Assembly: GCA_046563655.1 (NCBI GenBank) | Contig: CM102283.1 | Location: forward strand, 3,410,001 to 3,474,000 | DNA: 64,000 nt | Direction of reading: 5' to 3' | Origin: Yuukianura sp. NJ FZ-2021 | Taxonomy: Eukaryota | Part shown: piece by piece, positions 26,875-39,892 of the stretch | Position numbering within the stretch: position 1 is the first letter of the stretch | Layout: each line of letters starts with the position of its first letter | Translations under genes and position numbers: made by a program | The notes under the pieces: model-generated | The model's input: the letters and a program-made list of their open reading frames with translations, nothing else | Databases searched by the model: none | What the model was told of the DNA's origin: nothing

Positions 26875-28286
26875 GGGCCGTGTCACACGGTACCTTTGGT
26901 CACTTGAGGGTTGTCCAATCCCATTCGTTGCTTACGGTGCTTAACCGCAGACTATTATAGCTTATTCTGCGGATACACTATTTGGATTGACAAAGAAATT
27001 GATCTGTGTTTGCACTGGAAACCCTGAGAAAGATAAGCGAATCCTGAATCGGGGGTTTTTAACTATAAAGTTACCTAATAAAGTTAACTTAAAAGGTAGT
27101 TATAAGACAGTACAATGCGTTTTGTTTTCGTAGTAAAATTCCGCCTCATCTGTTCTCGTACAATTGTTTACAAAGTGTTACAGGGTTAGGCAGTGCTCCT
27201 TATCCGGGCATTAGATGGGTCCAGGTTAAAGAAATTAATTTTCTTAAAACAAGATCATAACGAAGGAGTTAATATGGTTAGTTAAGGCTAAATCCAAACT
27301 AAAGAGTTAACAACTTCTAATAATTTGACAGTTCTATATAGTTACTTATATTTTATTATCTATTTATTTATTATTTTATATTATTTTACTATGGTATCCA
27401 AAAACAACTGAGTTTTTTGTTTGTAAAGTGGTTCAGCAGACTGGTATCAAAGGTTCTTTCCGCAAACCGTCGTGATAGAAGAGGGTAAATACAAAAATTG
27501 GGTTTTGACCTTTGACCTTTCATTTCTCCCACCACGGACCCGACGTGCCCAGTGGGTGGGACTGGGTGGGAACTTGGTGTTGTTGACTAAGAAGCATGTG
27601 ACTCCTCGTCCTTACTATCTTACCACTCACGTCACTACTATACTGCCTTGCCTATTGCCTTGTTTACATCATTCACTTCTTGTGTACTAAAAGAGATGAG
27701 CAGTGTGCAAAAATTTCCCACAAAGAACCAAGGTCACACGAGCCAAAAACCAGAAGCTTTTAACTGGAAGGTGCCATTGCCATTTGCACAGAGGTCACCT
27801 CCATAACTCTTCGCAAAGTTTTTGCAACACTCCGACTCCAACACTCACTTAAACTCCCAGTGTAAGATTAACTTTCATGTGGTTTTACTTATTTAGTTAT
27901 AGTTGGTGATTAATCTAAACTTAAACTTGTACAATCTGATTGGTTTTTGCAGTGCTTGGGACACATTCACTATCCACTTGTGTGACACAAGTTGTGTCAG
28001 TGTCTATCTCATGCTGTTGTCTGTCACAGCTGCTTTTTTCCTCGTGTCACCCATCATCTATTCTGGAATTTGCAAAAGGATAAACGTCATGTGAGTTTGT
28101 TTTTAGTTTCCTCCAGAATCCAGTACAGTCAAACACAAAAACCATTCATCCTAAAGGTAGATTTAGCATTCTATTTGTCAAACACAGAACGATTGAAAAT
28201 CGTAACAAAATCTGAGAAGTTAACCCTCAACATTTGATTGAACGTCAGCTAACAACCAGTAAACATTGGCGAACGTCTGGACTTCA

Positions 28287-29129
28287 ATGATGATGGACAT
28301 GGACGATACATACCCGTCACTTGTGACGGTGAAAGAGGAGAAACCAGATTTCGATGAAGTAATTAACTCAGCAGTTTACTCAACGATTCTTAACTGTAAT
28401 TGAAACATTTATAAAACTTCTGACTGTTTTTGTAGCATGCTCATTACATATTTCCGGAAGAGGACAAGAAGATACTGGTGGACCCACCAAAACGTGGAAG
28501 AACGAGATCAATCTCCAAGAATAAATCGGCGGATAAAGTCGATGTAAAAGCAAAGTTGGGTGAGGATAAACGATGATAGTCTTTTGATTTTATAGGATGG
28601 ACTAAAAGACTAAATGTTGAACTATTTTCTAGAACGGAGTCGACAGAGTGCCCGTGAATGTCGTGCTCGAAAGAAGTTGCGCTACCAGTACCTCGAGGAA
28701 GTTATAACTGAAACAGAAAAAGCAATTTTTGCACTTAGAAGAGAACTGGACACTTTAAAAATCTGGGCCAACGAATTAGATGAGGGACGACTCCCCGAGA
28801 ACTTGGTTCACTACAGGACATCATGTGTAGAAAAGAAACTGACGACTCCATTTACGCTTCAGCAGCATCATCACACTCAAATTGCTCAACAGAAGCAGTA
28901 CGCTTCCTCCCTAGCTTCTCAATTGTCACAGTCACCCAATTCAACTCTTGGAACTGGCGGTGGAATATGTCTGTCGCCTACAACTTCATCAAGTATGGCC
29001 ATGGCTGAACTGTCCCTGTCACCCACAGGTCAACTCAGTACTCCGTACATGATGCTGGGTCGATTCAAGCGAAGTCCAACCAACTTATCTCCAACATCAG
29101 CATCACACTCTTCAGTGTCGCCACCTTAA
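28287..29129 (+). CDS. CREBL2: bZIP protein CREBL2 / REPTOR-BP (3 coding exons)
   Basis: Spliced [33 protein letters not shown]...AIFALRREL...W..ELDEGRLP, the CREBL2 signature. Confidence 0.93.
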
Positions 29130-29694
29130 CTTATCCATCAATCGATTTATGAACGTTGGCATTTAGCAGCACTTGTAATGCTGCGCGGTCTAATCTATTT
29201 GTAGTCGAACGAGCTTGTGTTTTTTGAAACTTGAAAATCGATATAAGTAGTTTTGGAAATCGCTTTCAATTTAATGTTTGTTAAGAAAGCGATAAAGTTG
29301 ATAGCTTTAAAGTTACATTTTAATTGTTAACCTTAGATTTAGTTTCTGTTGTTCGGACAGGACGTTCTACCTCTGTTCATGTCCACATGAAGTCAACATT
29401 CAAGAAATACTGGAAGTACTGCGTACTGGAGGTACTGGAAGTACATTGATATTACTTTAAACGTTATGGTTCAGAAATATTAGTTAATTACAATTAGTAG
29501 TTATTAGTGGTAATTAGTGAACTAGCAGTATGTGTCTCAATCACAATTTGATTCTTATAAGGTAAACTGTGTGACCTGTAAAACTAGCCTGTTTTTGTAC
29601 AGAAAACCATTTTTGTGGGTCAATTGTGATAATTGTGACGCTTTTCATTTGATTTTCAATTAAAACAGTTTAAACTAGTACAGAATGTGTGTTT

Positions 29695-30179
29695 TTATGG
29701 CTGGAGCATTTCATATTCCAGTTGCAGACGTTGACATTCCAGCTGATTTCTCTTGACTTGGAGGCGACTCATCCGAACCCTAAGCTCTGCCAGTTTTTTG
29801 TCAATTTCTGCAAGTTTGAGACTTACTGCTTCCAAACGTTTCAGATCTTCATTTCTACGTTGGGTCAACTTTGCAATCTTCTTGCGATTGTTCTCTACCA
29901 GTCGTCGCTTCCTACTCACCTGAAATCACAAACAAACCGGAATAAAACCGTGTGTTCAAAAGTAGCGAGCGTTGAGCGCTGTCTCAAACTGTAGTACACA
30001 GTACTTCACTGTAGATACAGTCGGTGATACACTGATACTGATCAAAAACATTATGAAACGGTTAAGAAAAGTCGGCCTTTGACCTCGTAAGATTTTCGCT
30101 GAAAAATGTGAAAAATTATTCTAGGTTTAGCTTGACATTATAATGATTTTACCCATGGATTTGGTTTGCGAGCCTTCAT
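29695..30179 (-). CDS. Small basic leucine-zipper-like protein (about 83 aa; exons 30179-30153, 29919-29695)
   Basis: MKARKPNPW/VSRKRRLVENNRKKIAKLTQRRNEDLKRLEAVSLKLAEIDKKLAELRVRM...; GT donor and tttcag acceptor are in phase 0. Confidence 0.55.
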
Positions 30180-30866
30180 GCCAAAAGTTTTACAAGATGT
30201 CGTCGGCACCGGATGTTCAAAACTTATGACTTCAATTTTCAAAATTTTGAAACTCTTGTACAACTTTTGGTTTTTCTACTTGAAACGGCAGTTACCCTTT
30301 GGTTACAAAACCCTTAGGATTCAAGGACAATGGGAGCAAAGGTTCCAAAAAATCTAAATTCGTCCACTATTGTTTTCTTTTGAAAAACCTTCGAAGAGAA
30401 GACTAAACTTTTTTTTTTATTTACTTTTCAAAATTCTTTTTATTTACGTTTCAAAATTCGGCAAATGTGAATGTTCTTGTGGGGGAAAAAGGAAATTTTG
30501 AAACTCAGATTAGCGCTCTTTTCAAACAAACAGCTGTGTTGGAATGTTGTAGCTTCTTCAAATCATGGTTTCTATTTTAAATTAAAGTTGTCTCGAAATC
30601 AATTTATGTCGTAATTGAATTCCAAGTAATTGAGTAATTAATTAAAATATAATTTAGTAATTGTGATATTGTTATGGCAATTTTGTTTTATAAAAAGTTT
30701 GATTTTGGTTCAGTGCCCACCTCTGCAACTTCTGAAACAAAGGAGAGGTCATTCAACTCCGCTCAGTTCACTTTTAGCTCTCGAAGGAGGAAGACGTCTC
30801 TCCCGCCTCTCTCCGCTTTTTATAACCTCAATTACTTCAACGTTAATTTCATCAATCAACGACAAC

Positions 30867-32639
30867 ATGAATTGCGTTCACACTCCAGCACAATACACAA
30901 GTTCCAACAGTCTCTCCACTCCTGACCCACATTATATCCCGGGATACGTTGGATACGTTCCACAAGGTCAGTCGTTTCATGTCTATGTAATCAAACATCA
31001 GCTGATTGTTGTTAAATTTCAACTAACGATTACTTTTCGTTTGTACTTTGCAGCCAAGTATCGGTATGGACATACCTATGGGATGACGAGTCACCGAGTC
31101 CTGCTGGATCCATGTATCCACATGAGTCCACGTTCTGTACTGACCAACATCCATCCAGAATACTGCTCGGTAAGTTACTTTGCAATCTCGAACAATAAGC
31201 TTTGAGTTTTGAAAACGTTTGTTTTCGTTTTGATGTAGGATGACTTTGGCCGTCCGGGACTCGGAGCTGATCCGTTTCTGCAGAACAAGATGGCTTTGGT
31301 GGAGAGTCGTGTCAATTCGTTCGGTCGTCAGCAGTACTTGCCCAACATGGTTCCAGGATATACTGGATACGTTCCGCGGTTCCAAACTATTCTTGGTCAC
31401 ACGTACTCTCCAGCTTGCAACCGTGCTTTGGCTCGCTTCGAACAAGATCAGTGGCGTGATCGGCTGTTCAACAAGGTTAGGATTCGGAAATGATAAATTC
31501 AAATACTGGTAAGAGTAACTGTAATTGAAAAAGTTGAAATTTGTGTGTAATTTTGTAGGAACTGGAAGCTCTTGATGGTTGGCGGTTCTGCTACAAGTCG
31601 AAACCGTGGGAATCTCCGGAAGTCGTTCGACCTGATGCTGGAGACTTGCAGGAGTTTCCTCGTCAGCCTTGTCAGGACATGACACCAAACCAGCGTGTCG
31701 TCACACTGTCACAACCTCGCAGCTCAGGTTGCGGATGCTCAGGTTAACACTATGACACCGACTCAAAACAAGAAACACAAAATACTTCAACATTTCTAAA
31801 AAAAATTCCAAGAAATTTCCATTTTCTAAAAATCTCGAGTACACGTTTTGGAAAAACTGAAACTCCGTAAAATGAAATTTGCATTTTAAATAAAATTAAA
31901 ATTCATGTCTGTCAAACGCCATAGGTTTTTTTGGTAGATTTTTAAATGATAAAGTCGGTGTCATTTAGAAAAAATTAAAATTCTAAGGTAAGATTTCATT
32001 TACTTATAGAAATTTTTTGGTTTTAAAACCTATGGCGTTTTATTTCGAAATTTTTCTTTAAAATACTTTTTGTTTTTGTTTTTAGGAGGTGCTGATGCTG
32101 GGTCTATCTCGGCTGGTCGCATTCGGATCCTGACTCCGGACAAATCTCGCTGCGACTACGGTGAACGACGAATGTGGGGCATAGCAACGGAGAAAAATTT
32201 GAACAAAACTTGTGGACTGGACGTCTGGATTAACCCAAATTCGTTCATGAAGTAATTTAAATTGCGATTTTTAATTAACTTAACTAATTAACTCTTGATT
32301 AACTTAAATCCTGTGACCTTTGACCTAAAAATTTCTATTTTTTCATTCTTCAGGCCACTGACTCGTCTTCAAACGATTTACCGAGACTGTGAAGGGATGA
32401 TGCCAAATTAGTAAGTTAACAAACTAATTAAAATGAATTACTTTTAACTAATTACTTTTGTTAACTTAATTGATTATATAAGTTAATCTTAACTTTTGTT
32501 TTGTTTTAGCAATGGACATGTTCCGGGAGAAATGTTTCGGTTCGGCCGAACTTACGGATCGTCCACCAGAAATGCGAAACTTGTGCTGCAGAAAACGTTT
32601 CGTGCTCCACTCTGCTCTCCAGTCTCCAAAAACGTTTGA
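30867..32639 (+). CDS. FAM166/CIMIP2 (UPF0605) ciliary microtubule inner protein-like
   Basis: Repeated motifs [70 protein letters not shown]. Confidence 0.85.
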
Positions 32640-33721
32640 AAACATTTGCACTTCTGCAGCAGTCGAACTTCTCCACCAATCAAAATTCTCCCTCAAAATT
32701 AAAGCGGAGAGGACACAACTTCTACTTTTCAACTTGCCAAAATTCTATAACTTTTCAAATTCAAATTCCAAAATCCACTTTTTGCTACTTTTCCAAATTT
32801 ATTGTCCAAAATTCATTAAATTTCCAAAATTATTTGCTTAAAATTCCATTTCCATGTTTTATCTTTCTGTGATTTGATGACCACCATATCATGTCTTTGC
32901 GAAACTTGCGAAGAGATGAGCAGCTTGAGGCGTTTTCTTCCTTTTTCTCATGCATTCCAAGCGTAAAGAATTTTTGCAGAATCCTTTGAATCTCGTAGTT
33001 ACTCCCCCCAACACCAACCAAGCCAAAAAGCAACACTTCAATTTTTATTTTGACTTGAGGTGCAGAGGATTCGAACTGGAGGAGTCACGGTGAAGGCGTC
33101 TTGCATCTTCAATTTTTTCCTAAAATTAAAAACATAGTCAACAGTTAGACCACTTCTTACTGTTCTGCAATTTCATTCCAACAGGAACAGTTTTCGAACA
33201 ATTGAAAAATTGCTACTGAAAAAAACTTGTTACGCATAATCAACTAAAATTCTGCAAAAAGATTCGTCTGGGTTGCCAAATTTTTCGTCAAAAAAAAAAA
33301 CTGCACACTCAAAAATTCAAGGTGAGAAATAATCCAATTTACTGACAAATATTGTGCTAAAAGTATAATAGTAATTCTCAAAAAAATTTCTAATTTGCTC
33401 AAAATCTGACTTAGAATTTACATTTTCAAAATCAAAATTGCAACATTCATAATTTCTTTTGAGAGGATACATCATACATCTTTACAAAATTTTGCACTCC
33501 ATCTCTTGCATCCTGTCTTTTTGTGAGTGTCGATTACAGGAAGTAAATGTTGCAATTTTTAATCCCACTTCTAACAATAGCACAAATTAATCTTGACATT
33601 GCACAATCAATTAATCTGCACTTGAAGTTCAGTGGTGAAATAATTTCACAATTTTCAAATTTGAAATTTCGAAAATTTTTAAATGAAAGTGCGAATGAAA
33701 AAACAGTTACTATGTTATGGG

Positions 33722-34320
33722 CTAAGGAACTAAAGATGAACATCGCTGTAAGGTTTTGGTTAACAGCGGAAGAGGATGTTCGTGTTTAAAAACCTTTTTA
33801 AGACAAACATCTAAACTTTGTTCATCCGTAAAACGGAAGTTGTTAACAACATTTTCAAAATTTTGAAGCATATGGCCATTTCTTACTTTATAGAAGTTTT
33901 GAATCCATTTTGAAATTTCCTGGAAAGCGTCGTTAGGTACAAATTCCCTTTCGTTTTTGAAGTAATCCAAAATAAGTTGTAAATCCATGCGTGCTGTGAA
34001 TAATTTCAATTTCATTCCCACGCTAAAACAAGAAATAAAAAAAAACGCAGTGACCTTCCCGCGATCCCACGAACTCCACTTTCCACCCAACGACCTCCAC
34101 CACTTTGCTGGTTCCATTTCCAGTACAAGAGGTTCCCAACGCTTCATAGAACGCAGGAACTAATGAAAACTCCAAAAAATTACTTCATTAAACCTATTTT
34201 TAATTATGTATTCACTTATTTTATGATCTTACAAACTTCAGCATTAGTGTGAACATGATTCTCTTTTTTTCAAGCCGTTTTTCCGTTTTCCCCCAATTCT
34301 GACATTTCGCCAACCTTGTA
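33722..34320 (-). other. Possible degenerate or uncharacterised spliced gene
   Basis: Exon-like blocks with GT/AG borders (PAFYEALG...GSRE / ARMDLQLILDYFKNERE...); the phase-compatible first exon contains an in-frame TGA. Confidence 0.25.
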
Positions 34321-34603
34321 AAAAATCAGAGTGAACAAGAATACAATTATTTGTTGGCCACCACAAAAATGTGAAACGATTTCTAACCACTTTTTTATAA
34401 CATTTTTTTTTGTTGATTTTGCACAACTTAAGGCAAGAAGTCAATCAAATTGAAGACAGAAACGAAGGAAGGTGCAGCAAACGAGGCTATTCCTCCCTTC
34501 ACTCAAAAATACACAAAAGGAGTGACGAGGTGATCGGTCATTGACCTCTCCAAGTCCAAATCACTCTTGACATTGACCTTCACGACACTTTTAAATTTCT
34601 AAA

Positions 34604-36181
34604 ATGTGGCAAGCATTCCTCACATTTAGTTCTCTTCTCTGCGTTTTCACCACCTCCGTTACGACACTTCCCACATCCAATCTCCGCAACGACAAAGGTG
34701 ACCGCGGCGGTGTTTCACCATCAGCGGCAACAAGCGACAACAAAATCTACGGCTCGGAGCCTTATCAGCTCCAATTTCAAGAACGCCAGCATTCTCACCA
34801 GCATCAGCACGATCACCAGTACTATCCCTCGCCTTCCACTCAAGTATCGCAATCCGTCGATTCCGCTTATCAGCCGAATCGTCAGTATCAGCAACATCAG
34901 AATCAGCAGCATCAGCAGTATCATCCTTATCGTCACTCTTCTCATCAGTATCAGCAATCGCATCAGCGTCTCCGTACAAACGTCAATCAGAACGACTACG
35001 ATCCATTCTACTTCTCAGCTCGGAACGGAGTACTTCCAGCGATTCCAGCGATTTCTTCTAGCGTATCGAATGTTTACTCGGGTGGAAGAACTCGACGGAA
35101 CTCCAAGTTCCGTGACCTCTTTGGTCACCATGACGACTCCTCTAATTTGCTAAATGAAGACGTCCATTTCTTCAGAAGAGAGCAGAAACCACGACGACAT
35201 GAAAGTGAGAGTTCGGCTGAAGTGCGGTTCCACAAGGACAGTCAGAGAATACTTCCGCAGTACTTCCCAGCACACCCAGCATCTTCTGCCTCAAGAACAC
35301 CAACAGGATTCCATCCACACGATCCATCTTCATTCAACACCGTAAGATTTTAATTGTACACCTTCAAAAGAAACAAAGAGAAAAAGAGATTGCGTGTTAC
35401 TTGTCATTAAAAAGCTAAAAAAGTTTTTAATGATGTCAAAATTTAAACATGAGTGAAAGGTTGACTTACGTTTTGTTGTGGAAGTTTCAAAAATTATGAA
35501 GTTGAAGTTGAAGTTTCATCAAAAGTTGAAATTGCAATGTCACTTTTGAAGGATACAAAGTCTATTTGTGCTAAAGATCTTCAGGAGATGCACCTCATTA
35601 TGAATAATTTATAACTCCACAACTCATAATTTCTGAATGCATAACGTTTTATAATCGTTATAAAAAATTATGAACTAAAAAGTTATGAGTTTGAGATTTT
35701 CAAGATTAGGAGAAGAACCAGAGCAGAAATTGGCACTTTTTAGTTGAAAACTGCCGATAACAATTTATTTTTTAAATTGTTCCGCGGTTTGACTTTAAAA
35801 TTGAGAACACAAAGGAGGGAAAACGATGATGAACTTTTTTTTGCCGTTGTTGCTGTGGTTAAGTTTTTTGCTGTTGTTAAGTCGTTTGCTTAGTTTTTTG
35901 CTGTTGTTTAGGTTGACAGACGAGGGCATTACCCCCTGGGCTCCAATCACCTCGACTTTTACGATTCCCACCGACATCATCCGAACATTCCAAAGTTGTT
36001 TGTTCCAGAACGTGAACAGCATCGGTACGGCCGAGAGCCAATCGAAGGTTGGAGTGTCCAAGTGGGAACGCAGTTGAGAGTTCATGATGACGGTAGAGAG
36101 CGAAATCCAGCACAATTTTACGTTAAGGATGAAAAACCAGCCAATACTCGAAGGTATCCACATCGTCACGAGTACATTTGA
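34604..36181 (+). CDS. Secreted Q/H/S-rich protein (exons 34604-35341, 35912-36181)
   Basis: Hydrophobic signal peptide MWQAFLTFSSLLCVFTTSVTT; phase-0 GTAAG...TTTAG intron; several dibasic sites. Confidence 0.7.
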
Positions 36182-36435
36182 AAAACCTGAAAAACACAAA
36201 ATACAGCGAAATTGGAAATTTTAGAATTTCTTAGTATTTAAGTCTAGAAGAACTAGAAATTGTTAGACTAAAAGAAGAATTTTTTTTAGAAGTTTAGCAC
36301 TTGGACGTAGTTTTGTAGCAATTTAACTTTATTTGTTTAGCAATGCATGTAGGAAGTGCCTTGTTTTGACTAGAAAATTTGTAGAAATAGAAAGTGTTTT
36401 TAACTTACGCCGGAAAGTTTAATAAAATTCTAAGG

Positions 36436-38790
36436 TCAGTCTTGGAAGAAAATATTGCTGAGCTGGGAGTCTGTCAGTTTCTTTACTTCCTCTGAAAATC
36501 AAAACCACAATTATTTAGAGTATCAAACTTTTAACAAAAGTTTCAAAATTTTAAGAAGTTTTCAAAATTTTGAAGCTCAGCGAACCGAGTCGTAGCTTAC
36601 CGTCGATATCAGTAATGTTATTGGACGTTTTGGTATTAAAAACAGCATAGAATTCTCTTCCGTTAGAAACTTTTGATACAATCCAGGCACATGGTTCGCA
36701 TACCAGCTTCACCACGATTTCTCCATTCTCGGTAATTCTGCAAATTCAACACAAAAGTTGTAATTACTTTTAGTAATTACTTCAGTAATTAGTAATTCAA
36801 TTCAAATGAGTAGTTCAATTCAAATGAGTAATTCAAGTCGTAATTGGTTCAAAATCTTACTCTGCCAAATCCTCTTTCAAATCAGCCAGCATCCGATATG
36901 GATCCATGTCACACTGAACTCCCGGTGACAACTTGACGGCCATATTTAGGTTATTGAAATACAGGAATTTTACTGTTGGAGGAAGAGAGTCCAGTGATGT
37001 CGATTGAAATGTGGAAGCTAAACCTTTGATTGACGAAGTGATTCCAGTAATTCCAGAAACACGATTCCAGTCGCTCTCCAGTAATTTGGCAAGTGGACAA
37101 AAATTTAAACTAAGATAAGTTTCTAGGTTAATCATAAATTCAACTCCTAGCTCCTCTGAATCTGCAATTCAAAAACAAATTATCTTCAGCAACCAATCAA
37201 ATCACTGCTTTTCACTAATTAACCAATCAGAAAAAGTAACCAATCAAATCAATTGGCGGGAAAAAAATGACTTACCAGGTAGAAACATTGTGATAAAAGT
37301 TTGTTCCGATTTGTAAATGAGGAGATGGAATCTCTTGCGACTTGATTGGTGAGGTTGCACTTGAACAGCTGATCGAACAGTACATCTACTTTCTCTTCTA
37401 GAAGTGAAGTTTGAAGAAGGAGAAGCAGTGAAGAACGAATCAACTGAAGTGTTTCCATCGTCACTTCCGGCGTAACTGGAACTTGCTGCTCCGTTGCACT
37501 CTTCGCTGTCACTGGTCACATTAGCTGCTAAGTTATTTCTTTTTACTGTTGTACTTGGAGGTTCGAAGAGTGAAATGTGTGACCTTTTCTTAACGATAAA
37601 TCCATATGTAGACGACCTCTTATCTGGTCCGGACAGGAAATGCTGAGAGAGTACTTCTTTCAGCAAGTATTCGTACAGTACTTGGATATCGTTATTCCCG
37701 ATCCCTGTCCTGAAGTATGAAAAGACAAAAATTGTTAAAACTTTCTAAAATTTCAAAAAGTTTGAACTTAAGTTGAAAATGAGCTGTTGTTGGTGTTACC
37801 ATATTAGTTTCTCTCCTTGGAGCAGCAGAACGTATTTGATTTGTGGAAATGTAAGTAGAAATTGGTTGATGTAGCACTGTACTCTGAGGAACATTTGTCG
37901 ATCGATGGGTAGAAAATGGAGACCTTGAAATATCTCCACAATACCGCACTGATTCGTCTGTATTTTGTTGAGGTTCTGCTTAAAAAGAATCAATTACCGT
38001 TGAATCACATGTCCAGAAAATTAAGTTTTAGGAGTTAGTGGTGACTTACAGTTTTGAACGACTTTCTCAAAGATTCTTGAAGCCCTTCGATCCCAGAATA
38101 CCTGAAGATCGTTTCCAAGTTGTCATAGCGTAGAGTGAACTTCCGGTAGAGCATGAGCAGTACTGCTTGAAAGACGTTGGTTTGGACTTGGTCATCAAGA
38201 TACTCTATTAGCTGAACTCCATCCGGACTCATCCGTATCACAGAAGGTATTGAAAGCACCTCAAAAGAAAAACAGTCGTAATCATGATTAAAACAGTTAA
38301 TTAATCATCATGATTAATCGTCCATCGTCAAGCAAGTGGAGTGTTTTAGTATCTTCTCGCTTACCATTGTAAACCAGTATTGTGGTTCTGGCTGGAAGAA
38401 AACGTATCGCGATTTCTGAGTATGCAGAGCCTCGCATGGTACGTCACAGCTAAAATTCCTAATCAAAAGCAGAAAAACATCAATTACTAATTGATTTTGA
38501 ACACAAAAGAAAACTAAAATAAGTAACTTACTCCGAGAATCGTATGATCGCTTCACAGAGTCCGACATGTTTTAGCTGCGTATCCACATGTGTTTCCGGT
38601 GGGTAGTAGTACAGTATTTTCCCCAGTTCCTATAAGAGTATGAAATCATCGATTGTCATTCAAAACTTAGAGTTGTAATCACTTTCATAATTTTGCTTAC
38701 ATCGTCATGGTCGTTGCCAAACATGGGATTGAATACAAAGAATTCCTTCAATTCTACACTGGCTCTGCCACCTCCACTATTGACGTCCAT
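36436..38790 (-). CDS. CCZ1: Vacuolar fusion protein CCZ1 (Mon1-Ccz1 Rab7 GEF)
   Basis: LKEFFVFNPMFG, KILYYYP...HVGLCEAIIRFS, ALHTQKSRYVFFQPEPQYW, IFQGLHFLPIDRQMFLRVQ, KFLYFNNLNMAVK, C-terminal EEVKKL...NIFF. Confidence 0.9.
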
Positions 38791-39892
38791 CTTGTCAGTA
38801 ATCAGAACCCAGTCGTCCAAGTAGTCAGTTGTCACGAGATGATTTTGTTCGTCCAGTTCGCCTAAACCATGTTGTCCCACCTTGACCTTGGGACAAGCGA
38901 GCGGACAGTCCTATAACTAAATTCTAAGTTCAGTTCAACTAAAAAACTAACTTGTTTGTAGTTTATGGCACGTCAATCGAGGGTAATCGTGCCCTCGCAG
39001 TCACTAATCAATTAATTAGTGACTGATTACAGTTTTGTTATTAATTGATGTAAACGATGGAGTACTTGGTTGATAGTGTTTAGTTTTGTTACTCCCACTA
39101 ATCACAAAAGAAGTGCGACTTTTTCCACAGTCCAAGGAGACTATGTTACCGATATGACCACCAATTCTAAAATATAAACTAATTAAATTAAGTAATTTCT
39201 AATTTAATCGGCAACACCTACCTCCATTTAGATAAACAATCCACAGAAAAAAATTAATTTTACATTACAAGAAACCCCAAAATAAAAACAGCTTGTCATT
39301 CAATTGCAATTGCAAAACTCCCCAAATGGCAATTCTCCAAAACACAAAATTGCGAAATTGCGAAACTCGAGAATTTGAATTTGACGCCTACACGTCAAAG
39401 AATTTGAATTTCTAATGCGTCAATACTTACAACGTTATTCTCAACTAAGTACAATTACGTTTATCTAATTACTTGATTCAGTTTAATTAACGCTAGATAA
39501 CAATTAAAGTTAAACTCTGTAACTGGAATGACGTAGTTCCGGTGAGGTCAAAGTACGTCAAGTCTTCCAGTACGTGAAACACGTCAAAAAGACAAAGGAC
39601 GTCAAAAAGTAGATGAACTTTATCGAATTCTCCGAAATGCTTTATTAAATTTTAAATTTGGATAAATTAAACGAAGACAATCGATTTCTAGAATAATTAT
39701 GAAACTACTTTTTTAAATTTAACGTGACGTTATAATGACATGCTTTGGAAATTTTTTAGTTTTTAAAAGTAAATTCCCCACTCATCACATTAACTTTCAC
39801 AACTCACTAACCTATCTTTTTAGTTTCATGATTAATTTTTCTTTTAGTTTTAAAGATTTTGATGATTTTTAATAAACGTGCCGATTTCCTTA

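Noticed and set aside
31023-31688. 221-aa minus-strand ORF
   Set aside because: Runs antisense across FAM166-like exons and introns with no recognisable features.
34260-34280. In-frame TGA as possible selenocysteine
   Set aside because: No redox motif context and no SECIS recognised; decay or error is more likely.
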